The notes under the pieces: model-generated
What the model was told of the DNA's origin: nothing
Seen by the model: only the letters and a program-made list of their open reading frames with translations
Database searches by the model: none
Position numbers and translations under genes: made by a program
Assembly (NCBI RefSeq): GCF_018977255.1
Contig: NW_024704742.1
Coordinates: forward strand, 105,092,001-105,156,000
Direction: 5' to 3'
Length of the DNA stretch: 64,000 bases
From: Callorhinchus milii
Lineage: Eukaryota
In this document: piece after piece, positions 13,819-26,028 of the stretch
How the letters are laid out: each line of letters starts with the position of its first letter
How positions within the stretch are numbered: the first letter of the stretch is position 1

Positions 13819-14194
13819 TAATAATAATACTTGCATTTGATATAGTGACTTATCATGTTATTGAAATGATTTAAAGCACTTCACAGAATATAGTGTACAG
13901 TGAATTAGCTGTATATTCTGTCTTTTGTGGGTGAACTGTGGCAGCCAATTGCACAATGTCCCACAAATAGTGGATTGAGTTATCAAATTATTGTAATGTG
14001 AAAACCTATTTTTGAAGGGATTATTATCCCCTGAAAGTTATCTGCCAATTGACTAACAACCGGGTTCCTACTTAATGCTAGGTAAACAGGTGTGTGGAAT
14101 AAGGAAACTTGCCCAAGGTTTCGCCTTGCTGGGGAATCGAACCTGGGTCTCTTGCTTGCGAGCAAGTGCTCTTACCAATACCCTACAGGACTCC
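13819..14194 (-). mobile_element. Full-length tRNA-derived SINE
   Basis: Minus strand GGAGTCCTGTAG...GGTTCGATTCCC head and (ATT)n tail; same family as the copy at 4597. Confidence 0.88.
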
Positions 14195-15840
14195 AGTTTT
14201 ACTTTTGATGACAATGATGTAACTAAATTCTTTGTCCATTAATGGTTTGCAATTGCCCCCTTTCCCAAAACATAAAATGTGATGCTGCTCATAAAAAGCT
14301 TATTTATGGTCAACAGTGTAGCACAAAAGCCTAAACCATACTGAGGATATTTTAGCATAAATTTAGGGATGTAAATCCCAATGACAAAGAAATGCGCATC
14401 AAGGTTCATCTTGGCATACGTAATGCATTATACTGTTTTATAGTACCATAGATATTATACTTTGTCGTTTTTTTCCTCTGCAAACGTGGAAAATTTATGT
14501 ATGATATGCATCTTCTGTCCTTCTACAAAACACGATTAGGAAAGACAGCCACAGGCAGCAACTTAACTACAGCTCTCCTTGTGTCCGCCCTGTATCTAGT
14601 GAAACAAAAAGAACAAAAAGGAGGGGGAAGAGGTGGGGTGGGGGTGGGGGGGTTGGGGGTGAGTATCTGAGCAGGATGGGAACTGTGATTGAGAGCGAGG
14701 TTGATTCTTGGCTGAGAAAGAGACATAGAGGTGATCCTCCACTTTGGCTTCCACTCTAGCTCAGGTGCCCAGCCAGGGTGTTAATTAAGGGCTTTGAGAC
14801 GTACTCCCAAAGTGAATGGCGCTATGTAAATGTAAATTGTATTTCAATACAATATTCTTCAGTATTTAAACATTTTTTACTCGATCAATGGATTGTAAAA
14901 ATTGATTATACATCACCACATTGAGAGATGAGTATACAGTTGAAGAGTTTACTTTGCCCATCAAGCAGAATTGCAATTTCCATCAACCAAAGTATTACTT
15001 TACTTTTTTGTAATAATTACAGCCCGAATGAGTTTTGAGCTAGGCGTTAAAGAATCTCTGAGGCAAATTATTAAGATACAATCATTTTAAAGCTATGATC
15101 CAAAGTTGTGGAAATTGAAGATGTGTCTAGGAGTAAAGTAGACCCATTCTCTGAAATATTAATGAAAAATAAAGAAGCGTGGAAGATATTCATTTCATGC
15201 CTTAAATAACTGAATTTAAGAAATAAATCTTTCCGGATTTGTAGTCTATCTGCGATTATTACATTTAAAAGCTATACTCCAGCAGTCTCTGTAGATTGCA
15301 CAATTGGAACTAAATATATAGCTGAATATAATTTGGAAAGCAACAAAACTATTCTAGTCAGTTGGGCATTAAATCTTCACAATCTACTGAAAACAGAAAA
15401 AATGTATTGGTGGTAATTTGACTCACTGACTGTGTCTTGTCCCACATTCTCATTTATCCCTGACTGTTATATACAAACAGTTATGACATTTTATGTGCGA
15501 TAGGATCAGTGCCTTGGGGCATCCTCCTGACGTAAAAGGTGCTATACAAATGTAATTTGTTGTTGTTTATTCTTATTCTGTGTTCTGCAATAACTGTTGG
15601 GTAAGACCATCACCCAGGACAAGATCATTGATTGGCAGCCAAATGGTCAACTATCTAAACATGCCAAATAATCTGTTTTTGTGATTTGGTTTGAGAACTT
15701 CCATCAATTAAGCAATAATGTATTTCAGAATTCCATTAACATCATACTGTACTAACAAAATAATCAATAGAACAGTGAATTATTTAACTTTTACCTGACA
15801 TTCAGGTTTTATGGATTTTTTATGCTCATACAATTTCTGC

Positions 15841-17502
15841 CAGTCCAAATGGATTATACAGTAGTTGTTGCAATAAGACCAGCAGATCTTAAAACATCAG
15901 GACCTAAAATAAATAGAAGTTTATCCTGACAGAGGTGGATGGGTGAAAGTCTGTATTTTGTTTTTTGTATTTTGTTTTGGTATATAAGATGGAAAGCCAA
16001 CAGGTGCCAAGAGGAACATTTCTCTCACAAAATGTACACTGTGTGCTGGGAGTGCTGAAAGACTTGGGAGAAGTTGTACTGGGTATCATTACATAACAGA
16101 TCTCCAATAATCAAATATATGGTACAACAACTCTGGCTTGTCATAATCCCATATGGCAAATCCCATTTGCCATATGAGATTATGGCAAATTCCCATAAAC
16201 TTGATCTTCCAAGATTATGGGAATTTGCACTTTAAAATGACAAGTTTTTAAAAAATTATACAGTACATTCTTGTCACCACTGTTATTTTCTCAAACATTG
16301 AGGGATTATCAAATTAACTATTGGTTTGAGGCTCCAAAGTAAATTGGGCATATAAAGGACCAATGAGTTCCAAAGTTCTTTTTTAGCAACACAGCAATTA
16401 TACGAACAATATATAAGCAATACAGCAATTATATTCCGACATAATAATTATAGAATGAAATGCAAACATTCATCCCATCCCTCTCTGTCAGGATAAACTT
16501 TTAATTGTTTTTAGGTCCTAATATTTTAAGACCTGCTGATCTTTTAAGACCTGCTAAACTAGGTGGGAGAGTAAGCTCTGAGGATGATGCAAAAAGATTG
16601 CTATGGGATATAGATAGGCTCGGGGAGTGGGTGAGTAGGTGGCAGATGGAATTTAATGTGGGGAAGTGTGAAGTTATTCACCTTGGTAGAAAAAATAGAA
16701 AAACAGATTATTTTCCAGAGGGGGAGAGATTAGATAGTGTTAGTGTTCAGAGGGATTTGGGTGTCCTTGTACACCAGTCTCAAAAAGTTAGTTCGCAGGT
16801 GCAGCAAGCAACTAAGAAGGCGAACGGCATGTTAGCGTTCATTGCAAAAGGTTTAGAGTACAAGAGTAGGGAAGTCTTGGTGCAACTGTATAGGGCCTTG
16901 GTGAGACCTCACCTAGAGTATTGTGTGCAGTTTTGGTCTCCTTATTTAAAAAAGGACATACTTGCCCTAGAGGGGGTGCAGCGTAGATTCACTCGGTTAG
17001 TTCCTGGGATGAGGGGACTGACCTATGATGATAGGTTGAATAAACTAGGGCTGTATTCTCTAGAGTACAGAAGAATTAGGGGAGATCTTATTGAAACATA
17101 TAAGATTCTTAAAGGGCCGGATAAAGTAGACACTGAGGGTCTGTTTTCCCTGGTAGGAGAATCTATAACCAGGGGTCACAGTCTTAAAATTAAGGGTCAG
17201 CCTTTTAGAACAGAGTTGAGGAAACATTTCTTCACTCAGAGGGTAGTGAATTTATGGAATTCACTACCCCAGAAGGCTGTAGATGCTCAGTCCTTGAACA
17301 TCTTCAAGGCTGAGACTGATAGATTTTTAAAAAACAGAGCGATTAGGAGGTATGGGGATTAGGGCAGGTAATTAGAGAGGTCTGAAGATCAGCCATGATC
17401 TTATCGAATGGCGGGGCAGGCTCGAGGGGCCAAATGGCCTACTCCTGCTCCTAATTCTTATGTTCTTATTGCAACAACTACTCTATAATCGGATTTGAAC
17501 AG
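15841..17502. mobile_element. Non-autonomous element with ~120-bp terminal inverted repeats, interrupted by a CR1
   Basis: 15841..15960 is the reverse complement (~80%) of 16458..16543 joined to 17468..17502. Confidence 0.7.
16554..17469 (+). mobile_element. CR1-type LINE, 5'-truncated ORF2 C-terminus plus 3' UTR
   Basis: Uninterrupted ORF with W..RWQMEFNVGKC, RDLGV, LYRALVRPHLEYCVQFWSP and FFTQRVVNLWNSLP; (TTCTTATG)-type tail. Confidence 0.96.
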
Positions 17503-19409
17503 TTCTTACAGATGCGTAGTAGACCTAATTTTAGTAGTGAAAGTGAAGGAAACTGATTTTCCATCAACTAGCTAATTGATCACTCAAGGGCCCATGTCTC
17601 ATTCTGTAGCTCTTAATTTCAACCTCTTGCATCCCTATGGAGGTAGACAAGTCTCATCTTTGCACTGTCAAATCTTTACCATAACTGTAGGGACCCCACG
17701 ACCAACAAATTGATTTTTCATATAATTGCTCTGTGTGTGTGTGGGGTGGGGGGGGGGGAGAAAACTTAATTACCAAATGTAAAATGGAGCAATAAATCCA
17801 ATCTAACATAAACTTGAGCTGCAGTTTGTTACTTCCTCTTGTGGCTGACAGAAGCATTATTCTAATTCTTTTTTAATGTCATGAGTTGTCTTCGCATACT
17901 CTCCTGCAGACCAGCTGCATTTGTAACTGCAATTTGAGTCTCCTGAAATAAGCGGAAAACTCACACTTTTTGACAGCTTTCAACAATAAGTTTGGAAACC
18001 AGTGGTATCAAAAATGAGCAAAATGTGCCAAATTGGGTAGGATGAGGGCTGAAAACCAATTGAATGCTTCATAATAGTCTATAAGGTAAGATCAGCACGA
18101 GGTCCCTCCTGTTTGACCACTCTTCCCTTTCCCACCAAAAATGGGCTGGCTGTTGCCTACAAATGAGTCTACAAATTACTCTACAGCAATTCCTGTGAAA
18201 TGCTATGAAACATTTTGATGACATGGTAAGGGTGCTAGATCAAATCCAAGGATTATTATAAAGTTATCACACATTTCAACAGTCAATTCTTGCGACCCTT
18301 TTAAGAACCAATTAACAAGAATGTTCAGAAATTCCACTGACATTTTGTGCACTCTTTGGTCTTAAAATTTAAGATGACTCAGAACTGCAGAAAATTCTAT
18401 ACCGTAGCCTTAGCCTTAACTTGAGCACTTTTTGAAACCAACTTCCAAATTAAGTCTGAATTCATGAATTTTTCAGTTAGGTGTGATCTTGAATTTTAAG
18501 ACGAAATGCACTTTCAGGCTATGCCTGTAATAGAATTTTTGGCGCTGAAAGTGAGAAATCGCTCTTGGAGCTAACTGTAGGTACATCAATAAGGCGGGTT
18601 TATGATACAACTTGTATTTATAGAATGTCCTTCACCCAATGAGTATCTCTGAGCACTGAACAGTGACGTAGTTCTCAATAATCCCATTAAAATTAGTCAG
18701 TCACAATACGTAATGGCACAAGAAATTTCACTCTTGTAGAGATCAATTCATAACATGAAAGTTTCGAACAACTTGTTCATCTTGCTTTTTGTGCATCAAT
18801 GATTTTAAAAATAAACTTGGTTTACCGCACTGTATACTCCACGTTGTAATCTACTTATGAGACTTGAACACATTTTAAAATGTAAAATATTCAAAATTCC
18901 GTGATTCCACCCCCTCTCCCTTCAGATTTGAATTATTTCAATTTTGGTGAGCCAGTGAATAGGTTTTATTGAAGATTTGAAGCAGACAAGAACCTTCAGT
19001 GGATTTCAGACACTTTTTTTGAAAACCACTGCAGTGTGTGGAAAGCACAAATAAAATGAATAGAGCAGCACTCCAATTCTATACGCTGATAGTTAAATCT
19101 CAGAATAGAGCAGCCCATCCCAAAGAGAAGAATCACTAAAAACACACAAATTTGATGTCAATAAATTTATTTTTAAATTCTCTTTCAATTATGCCATCAG
19201 TAAATTCCAATAATGCAGGTCTCAGTAAGACTTTAAAAAGGTCGATGAAGACAGTTTCCACGTGACAACTGTAAGTAAGGAATCGACTCCTGCTAGTTAA
19301 TTAAAGAGGAACAATACTCTGGAGAGAAGTACTTTCAATCTAATGTACACTTTCTAAGAAGACTTATAAATTAAAAACATTTCCTATCAGAGAGGGGACA
19401 TTCTCAGTC

Positions 19410-20118
19410 TTGTTGCCCCATCAATGTCTTCTCACCTGCAATTTTGAACTCCTCAACTTTCCCTGCCTGTCCCTCAGACTCACCAAACCTGTATACAACC
19501 TTGGTATCATGTTTGATCCCCAGTCATCTCTTCTGCCTCACATTCGGTCACTGACCTGGACTGCATTCCTCAACCTCTGCCACATTGCCTGCCTTCGCCT
19601 CTATCTTACTTCAAATATTGCTGAAATTCTCATTCATACGTTCGTCACCTCCCACCTTGCCAGTCTCCCCAGCTGCACTATTAAGAAGATTCAAATGATT
19701 CAAAACTCTACTGCGCTGAACCAGGCTCCCCAATCCAATCAGTTATTGACAAGCTCCTTGTTGCAGAATAGATCGATTTCAAGATCTTCACTCTCAATTT
19801 AAAAACTCATCCTGGCATTTCTCTATCTCTGATCTGTTAACACCCCATTCCTCTGCCCACCACCTTCACTCAGCTGGCATGGGTCCCTTATCCATTCTGC
19901 TCCACAGTTACAGTCTGTGCTTTCCCTGGAACTCCTTGCTTCAATCCCTCTGTTTTGCCCCTTCCTCTGTCTGTCTTCAAAACACACATGAAGAGTCTTG
20001 TCTTTGACTGTGCCTTTGCTTACCCCCACCTCCCCTTTTCCTAATGGGTGTCAAGCCACAATGCTGTTAAGGGCTGTGTGTGAAGAGTACTATATCAATA
20101 AGTGCAAGTTATTGTATT
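19410..20118 (+). mobile_element. Degraded L2-type LINE 3' portion
   Basis: NLGIMFDP..L...PHI, AEILIHTFVTS and IQNSTA motifs; degenerate tail. Confidence 0.75.
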
Positions 20119-21889
20119 AATATTCTTCCTTTTCTCTGTTTTAAATTAAACAAATGTGCATTGATTTTTTTTGTAATTGATGTATTTTTAAATTTTGTTT
20201 TAAATTTCTGATAATGTTTCTGCTCCTTGAGGAAAGGGATCTACATGCTGAGTGAGTTAAGTTTTTTCACTCAAGCATGCTAGATGCATTCCAAGGTCAT
20301 CTGAAGCACAACTTAGCTGAAGAGCAGTTTCTTCTGCAATGCCCAACAAGGACCTTAACCACCAGATAATCTTTAACTTTAAAACTGTGTCAGCTTATTT
20401 CAAATTCAGCCTTCCTGGAGGAAAATTGGCAAAATAGTAGTGAAATTACAGACTCTTTCTGTTGTGGTGTTATGTCACCTGAGTTAAGATTATCAAGCTC
20501 ATTTCATATAGATCTTTTTACCTGATATTACTGCACCCTGATAAGGTAGGATGGTTCTGGATACAGCTGAAGTGAAATCTATAGATCATCCATGAAAAAA
20601 ATCAAACAAAATCTATTTTGTAGGAGGGATTCACATGGTCATTTACAAATTGCAAAGGTTGAAAAATTCTGCCCTAGTTTCTAAATGGCAGTATACTGTT
20701 TGTCTCCCAAGTGCACTGAGACACTACCCTGCAAGTTGCTGTTGTCTAAACGGAAGCAACCATTGAATTGTCAACTCTTTTTATGACAACTATTGTCATC
20801 TCATCAGATTGAGGTGTATTTGATTCCAATTCCAAAATTGCCAGGACAGAGAATTCCTCAGATTTGTAATGTTGAAAGTATTATTTTGTTCTTACAATTG
20901 TTGTGCACAACACCTTAGGTGAATAAACTATCTCTTTTTTGTGAGGAGTGGGAGGAGAAAGAAGCTCACAAGTTCCTTTGAAACAAGCAACTTCTCAAAA
21001 GAACAAGATTAATAACATCAGCATTAACACTGACAGATTTGAATACAAAATATAATTGGTATTTTCTAAACAACTCTTCAGAGTTAAAGAAAGCTAATAC
21101 TGTTCAAACTTAAAATGAGATCCCTTAGTTTGTGGGAATTAAGGAAAAAAATCTATCCGTTTATTTATTGATTGATTGAGTACTGGAACATCTGTGTTGT
21201 GCACAGAGAGTAGAGCAACTCTACAGAGAAATACAAACCACCACTTTAGTTGAAGTATCTCTGCACACATTTGTAAATTCAAGGATACATTAGCTTTGAG
21301 ACACATAAATAGTCATACATTAAACAAACATCTAATTTACAAGTTCAAAGTAAGTTTAAAGTAGGTGGTCTGTAATATTTCACAAATTTTGGGAGGAAAG
21401 GAATGAATAGAAATGTATAGAATTAAGGACCAAGGTAACCCAGGTAAAATCTTAAATACTCGTGTTTTATTTCGAGCAATTTTCTTTGGATCTTACAATT
21501 TTCAAATATAACCCCCACTGTGGAGGGATCTACTTGATTATAACCAAATAAATTGATTCAAAAAACTTAAATCATATAATTCAAACAGTTTACACTTCAA
21601 TCTTTTATTCCCTCTCTGGTCAGTATAATTCCCTAGACCACAGTAAGCAGAAATCGAAACACTTTTGTTACTTTTTGAAATCAAGAGGACTGCATCTGTT
21701 TTGAGGAAGAGGATGATGTAATGTTGAAATTTATTGATTGCATTCTCTTTCCAAAATTGTTCCCAAACCTCATTAGAACGGACTCATTATACATCTATTT
21801 TCAACGCTGTTTCACCTGCATTGTATCACAGTTAAGATTCCAGTTTCAGATGCAACTGGGGGCAGATACGATCTCATAAACCAATCCAG

Positions 21890-22510
21890 GAGACATCTGC
21901 ATTGATTTAGTTGAGATGTTAATATGAGGTCCCGTCGACCTGTTCAGGAGTGGGTGGGGGCGTGGCTGCTATATTTGATGGGTTAGGGTTGGGGACAACT
22001 CAAAAAGAGAAGGGAGTTTCTTCCAATGTCAGTGGTCAACAATCCTCCAGATAAAAAATGGCTATTTACTTCATTGCACTGTTTGTGGGACATCACATTT
22101 TAATTTAATTCAATTTATTTTACAGTATATTCTGTGAAGCACTTTTGAGACATCTAGACGCCCTGAAAAGCACTATGTCAAATGCAAGGATTATTATTAT
22201 TATTGCGGTGCTCAAATTGGCTGCCACATTTGCCCACAAACAGCCATGAAACAATTGATTTATCTTTGGAATTGTTGGCCAGGACACCAGGAGAAACTTC
22301 CTTCTTTTTTCAAACAGTGCCACGGGAATCTTTAACATCCATCTGAACAGGTAATCAGGACCTTGATTTAATATCTCAAACTCCAAAAATGCAGCATGCC
22401 TTAGGACTGCACTGGAATGTCAACCTGGACTGTGAGTCCAAAATCCCAACATGGCGCTTGAACCCACAATCTTCTGACTCAGAGGCAAGAGTGCTATCAA
22501 ATAAGCCAGA
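21890..22510. mobile_element. Composite of two oppositely oriented Deu-domain SINEs plus a nested younger SINE tail
   Basis: Plus-strand Deu fragment 21890..22236 carrying an (ATT)n tail insert at about 22095..22204, fused to a minus-strand copy about 22231..22510 with a tRNA-like head. Confidence 0.7.
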
Positions 22511-24064
22511 ATAATACACAACACAATACCAAATACAAGGATTATTATTATGTGAGCATTATTATTTCTAAGTAGTCCGAGTGGCATTCATACAAGAAAT
22601 GCTGTACTTGTCCTAAATATCCAATGGGTTTCTGCTTGCAGAACCACCACTCATTTGTCACATCCAGATTAAGTAGAGCAAGTACCCAACCCATCAAATA
22701 TAGCAGCCCCGCCCCCACCCACTCCAACCAACCTCAACTGAAGCATCAATTCCAAGCCATCTCAAAATGCCAAGGCCCACAAAGCTTTGATAAAAGGCTT
22801 TATTTTTCAAGGAAAACTCTTAAACATAAATGACTTCCTAGTCTGCATTAACTTTCAACCCAAACAATCCACAGAAATGTATCTGACAAGCTCCTTCTGA
22901 CAGTCAACTGCAGCCATTTTTGATACAGATGCCAACTTGGCTGGCTTAGCCCATTGTTGTTTTGCCAGGTTAAAACAAATCTTAGTTTTGTTTCATTACA
23001 GAAAAGGAGGCCGACCGAGTTGCCGTTCTTAGACAGCAGCCTCTCGGGGGATGGATCAACCTAGAAAGTATCAAGAAAAAGCCATAATGCTGGAGCGCTA
23101 ACCTAAGGAAATCCATAAAGAGTTCAACAAGCACGTCCAATGATTTACATTACATAAATATGTCTGAAAGATAATTTTTATGCAGTTCCGATGTTTTGAA
23201 TGATAAAATAGTTCTCTCACTATAGTACTTAGCTTAAAATTATAGCAGACATAAGTTAGGTACAAGTTATGACGTATTAACATTTAGTCTGTTGAAAATT
23301 CTTCTGAGAGCAAAGATAAAATCAGGCAATGGGTAAATACAAGGTGAGTTAATATAACATAATACCCTTGGATTTCCGAAGACTATTAGAAATATGGTCA
23401 CAGTATTTATTTCCCACCAAAGATATGACAGTGCGACTTTTTAAATGACAGCACCTGGAATGAAACAAAAAGCTAGATTTGTTTTAATAGTTCAGTTTGT
23501 GAGAAAGAGATAAAATCAATTTATTCTGGTGATAATGTTATAGTGCAATCATAGTAATACTAAAACAACTTTGTAGCTGACCTCATCTATATTTTTGTGC
23601 AGGAGACCATTCTTCCAAAATCTATTGTTTTATTGATTTAATGCTACATGTATGGAGAAAAATGAAGGAAGCTCTACCAGACCAATCTTTTTGTGAAAGT
23701 GGAAATCTATTTCGCTTGTGAATTAAAATCATGATTTGAAAACTGCAATATCTGCTGGCACTGGTTTCATGCTGGTTCCGAACTCAAACTTTTTTTTGCA
23801 AGCAAGGTAATCTCTGTCTAAAATATGGAGTATTTTTCCAGTTAGGAAATAGATTTTCTTTTAAAACATCTACTTTTTTTGTGAAAAGGAGCAAGGGAGG
23901 GAAGGAGGGACAATCAAACCACAAAAATCAATTTGGATTGATCTCAAGTAAGTTGCAATAGATAGTAACAGAGGCAGACAAGACAGTTTGGCTGTTCTCT
24001 TGGCCAAAGAATATGGTATGGCAAAGATAACCAAAAGGTATGGAAAATATTTTCGTATAAGAAA

Positions 24065-24283
24065 ACTGGTTGTTAGTCGATTGGAGGATCACTTTTCCGG
24101 GGGTAATAATCCCTTCAAGAAAAAAAATTGGTCAGCTTTTGGGACACTGCTGTGTGCAATTGGCTACAGTGTTTCACCCACAAAATATATGATCAATTCA
24201 CTTTACAGTATATTCTGTGAAGCACTTTGAGATGTCTCAAAGACGTGATAAGGCGCTATACCAAATGCAAGTATTATTATTAT
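24065..24283 (+). mobile_element. SINE 3' two-thirds
   Basis: GTTAGTCGATTGG...AATAATCCC...CAAATGCAAGTATTATT. Confidence 0.85.
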
Positions 24284-25744
24284 TCTCCAATCCTTAACTT
24301 GTCCAAATGAAATAGCAGCTCAACACAAGATTGAACAGAAATATCCATTACAATTTAATTGGTCAGTTCCACATGAAATTAATTTCTCGGACAATTAAAG
24401 GTCATGTTTTCTTCAATCAATTTCATAGTGAACATAGTGAGTGACATTACACCACTTGCATCCAAAGGTGTTGGTTGCCCTCTGGTATCTAACCAAGTGG
24501 CCATTGTTCATGGGTGATCCTTGGCAGTGAGTGTTGGCAGGCTACTCGTGTTGAGGATGTTGCAAACAAGCCTGGACTCTCCCAACCCAGAAGCCACACA
24601 AGCACTGCTAGATAGAGAGACCAGGAGCACGTACTTCAGCTATCTTTCTGTGTCTGAACCCCGGAAAGGTCAGAGCCAATTTAGTCTCCAAATGCAACCT
24701 CAGACAAGCCCAACAAACTCAAGCACGGACAAATGAGCTTCTGATCCACAAACAGCAGCTCTACCGCCTACACTTTCATGCTTGTCCTTCATCACCATTT
24801 TTAGTGTTCTTGTCAATTTATCATTCGGGTTCTATGCTGGTTTATCTCTCTTCCCCCTGACACGGTTTCTTATTTTCTTTCAGTTTGCTGAAATAAAAAG
24901 CACTGTAATGTATCCAACTTAATTCACTTGCACTGAATCAGAGAATCAGTCAGCAGTTTTGAATGTCCCATTATTGAAGGGAGATCAGAGTCAAGGAGAA
25001 GATACGGTATAAGTACATATGGATGTCAGCAGGTATAAGGAGTTATAGTTATGAAGATAGGCCATTGGTCAATCCTAGTGCTCGCTCTTCCATTCGAGCT
25101 ATTCATTCTAATACCATTTCCCTGCGAGTACCTCAAACACTTTTAAGATTTTCTCTTTAATTAGCTGCCGCTTTTCGTCCACAATATACAGTCACTACAC
25201 TTTACAGTGTATATTCTGTGAACCGCTCTGAGAAGATTGGAGATGTAATAAGGCACTATATCAAATGCAAGGATTATTACTAAATATTTATTTATCCAAC
25301 TTTCCTTAAAATGTTATGCTCTTAACTTCAATAGGCACAAAACATTCCATCTTCTAATGTAACTTTTTCCATGACAATTCTAATCTCTCCCTGAACTGTT
25401 CCAGTGACACAAGTGCCGCTATATCGATTCACAACCAGTGAAAATAAATCTTTCACTAGTAAATACTATAGCATGTTTCACGATACAGCCAATTCGTTTG
25501 TAACTTGGCTGCACCGTGAACCCCTTTCAATGTGCATGCATGAAGCCAGCCCGCTGCTTTCCTGTGTTCTGGTCAGCTTTTTGCGTTAAAATGGCCAAAT
25601 TCAAGTTCATTAGGGTCACTGTCTAAGTCACGTCTCACTTTGCTGTGTATGCACAAAGGAAGAAGTGGAGTACCTGGTGACCGAATAAACCAAATTGTTA
25701 GAAAGAATTTTAAAAGTCTGTTTTTATATTCAGTTTTTAAAAAT

Positions 25745-26028
25745 GTTTGGCAAGTATCCTTACTCCACTCCTCTGTTTACCTAGCAATAAATAGGAACCC
25801 CGTTGTTATTCGATTGGCGGATCGCTTTTCTAGGTGTAATAATCCCTAAAAAATAATAATTTGGTCACTTCATCCACGACTGTTTGTGGGACACTGCTGT
25901 GCGCGATTGGCTACCACATTTCGGCCACAAATATACAGTCAATTCACTTTATAGTATATTCTGTGAAACGCTTTGAGACATCTAGAAGACATAATAAGGC
26001 GCTATATCAAATGCAAGGATTATTATTA
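25745..26028 (+). mobile_element. SINE lacking the tRNA head
   Basis: GGCAAGTATCCTTACTCCAC through to the (ATT)n tail; same family as the copy at 38025. Confidence 0.88.

Noticed and set aside
16505..17362. 285-aa ORF as a host gene or active LINE
   Set aside because: It is the 5'-truncated CR1 ORF2 C-terminus, lacking the endonuclease and RT catalytic core. The start comes from flanking DNA.
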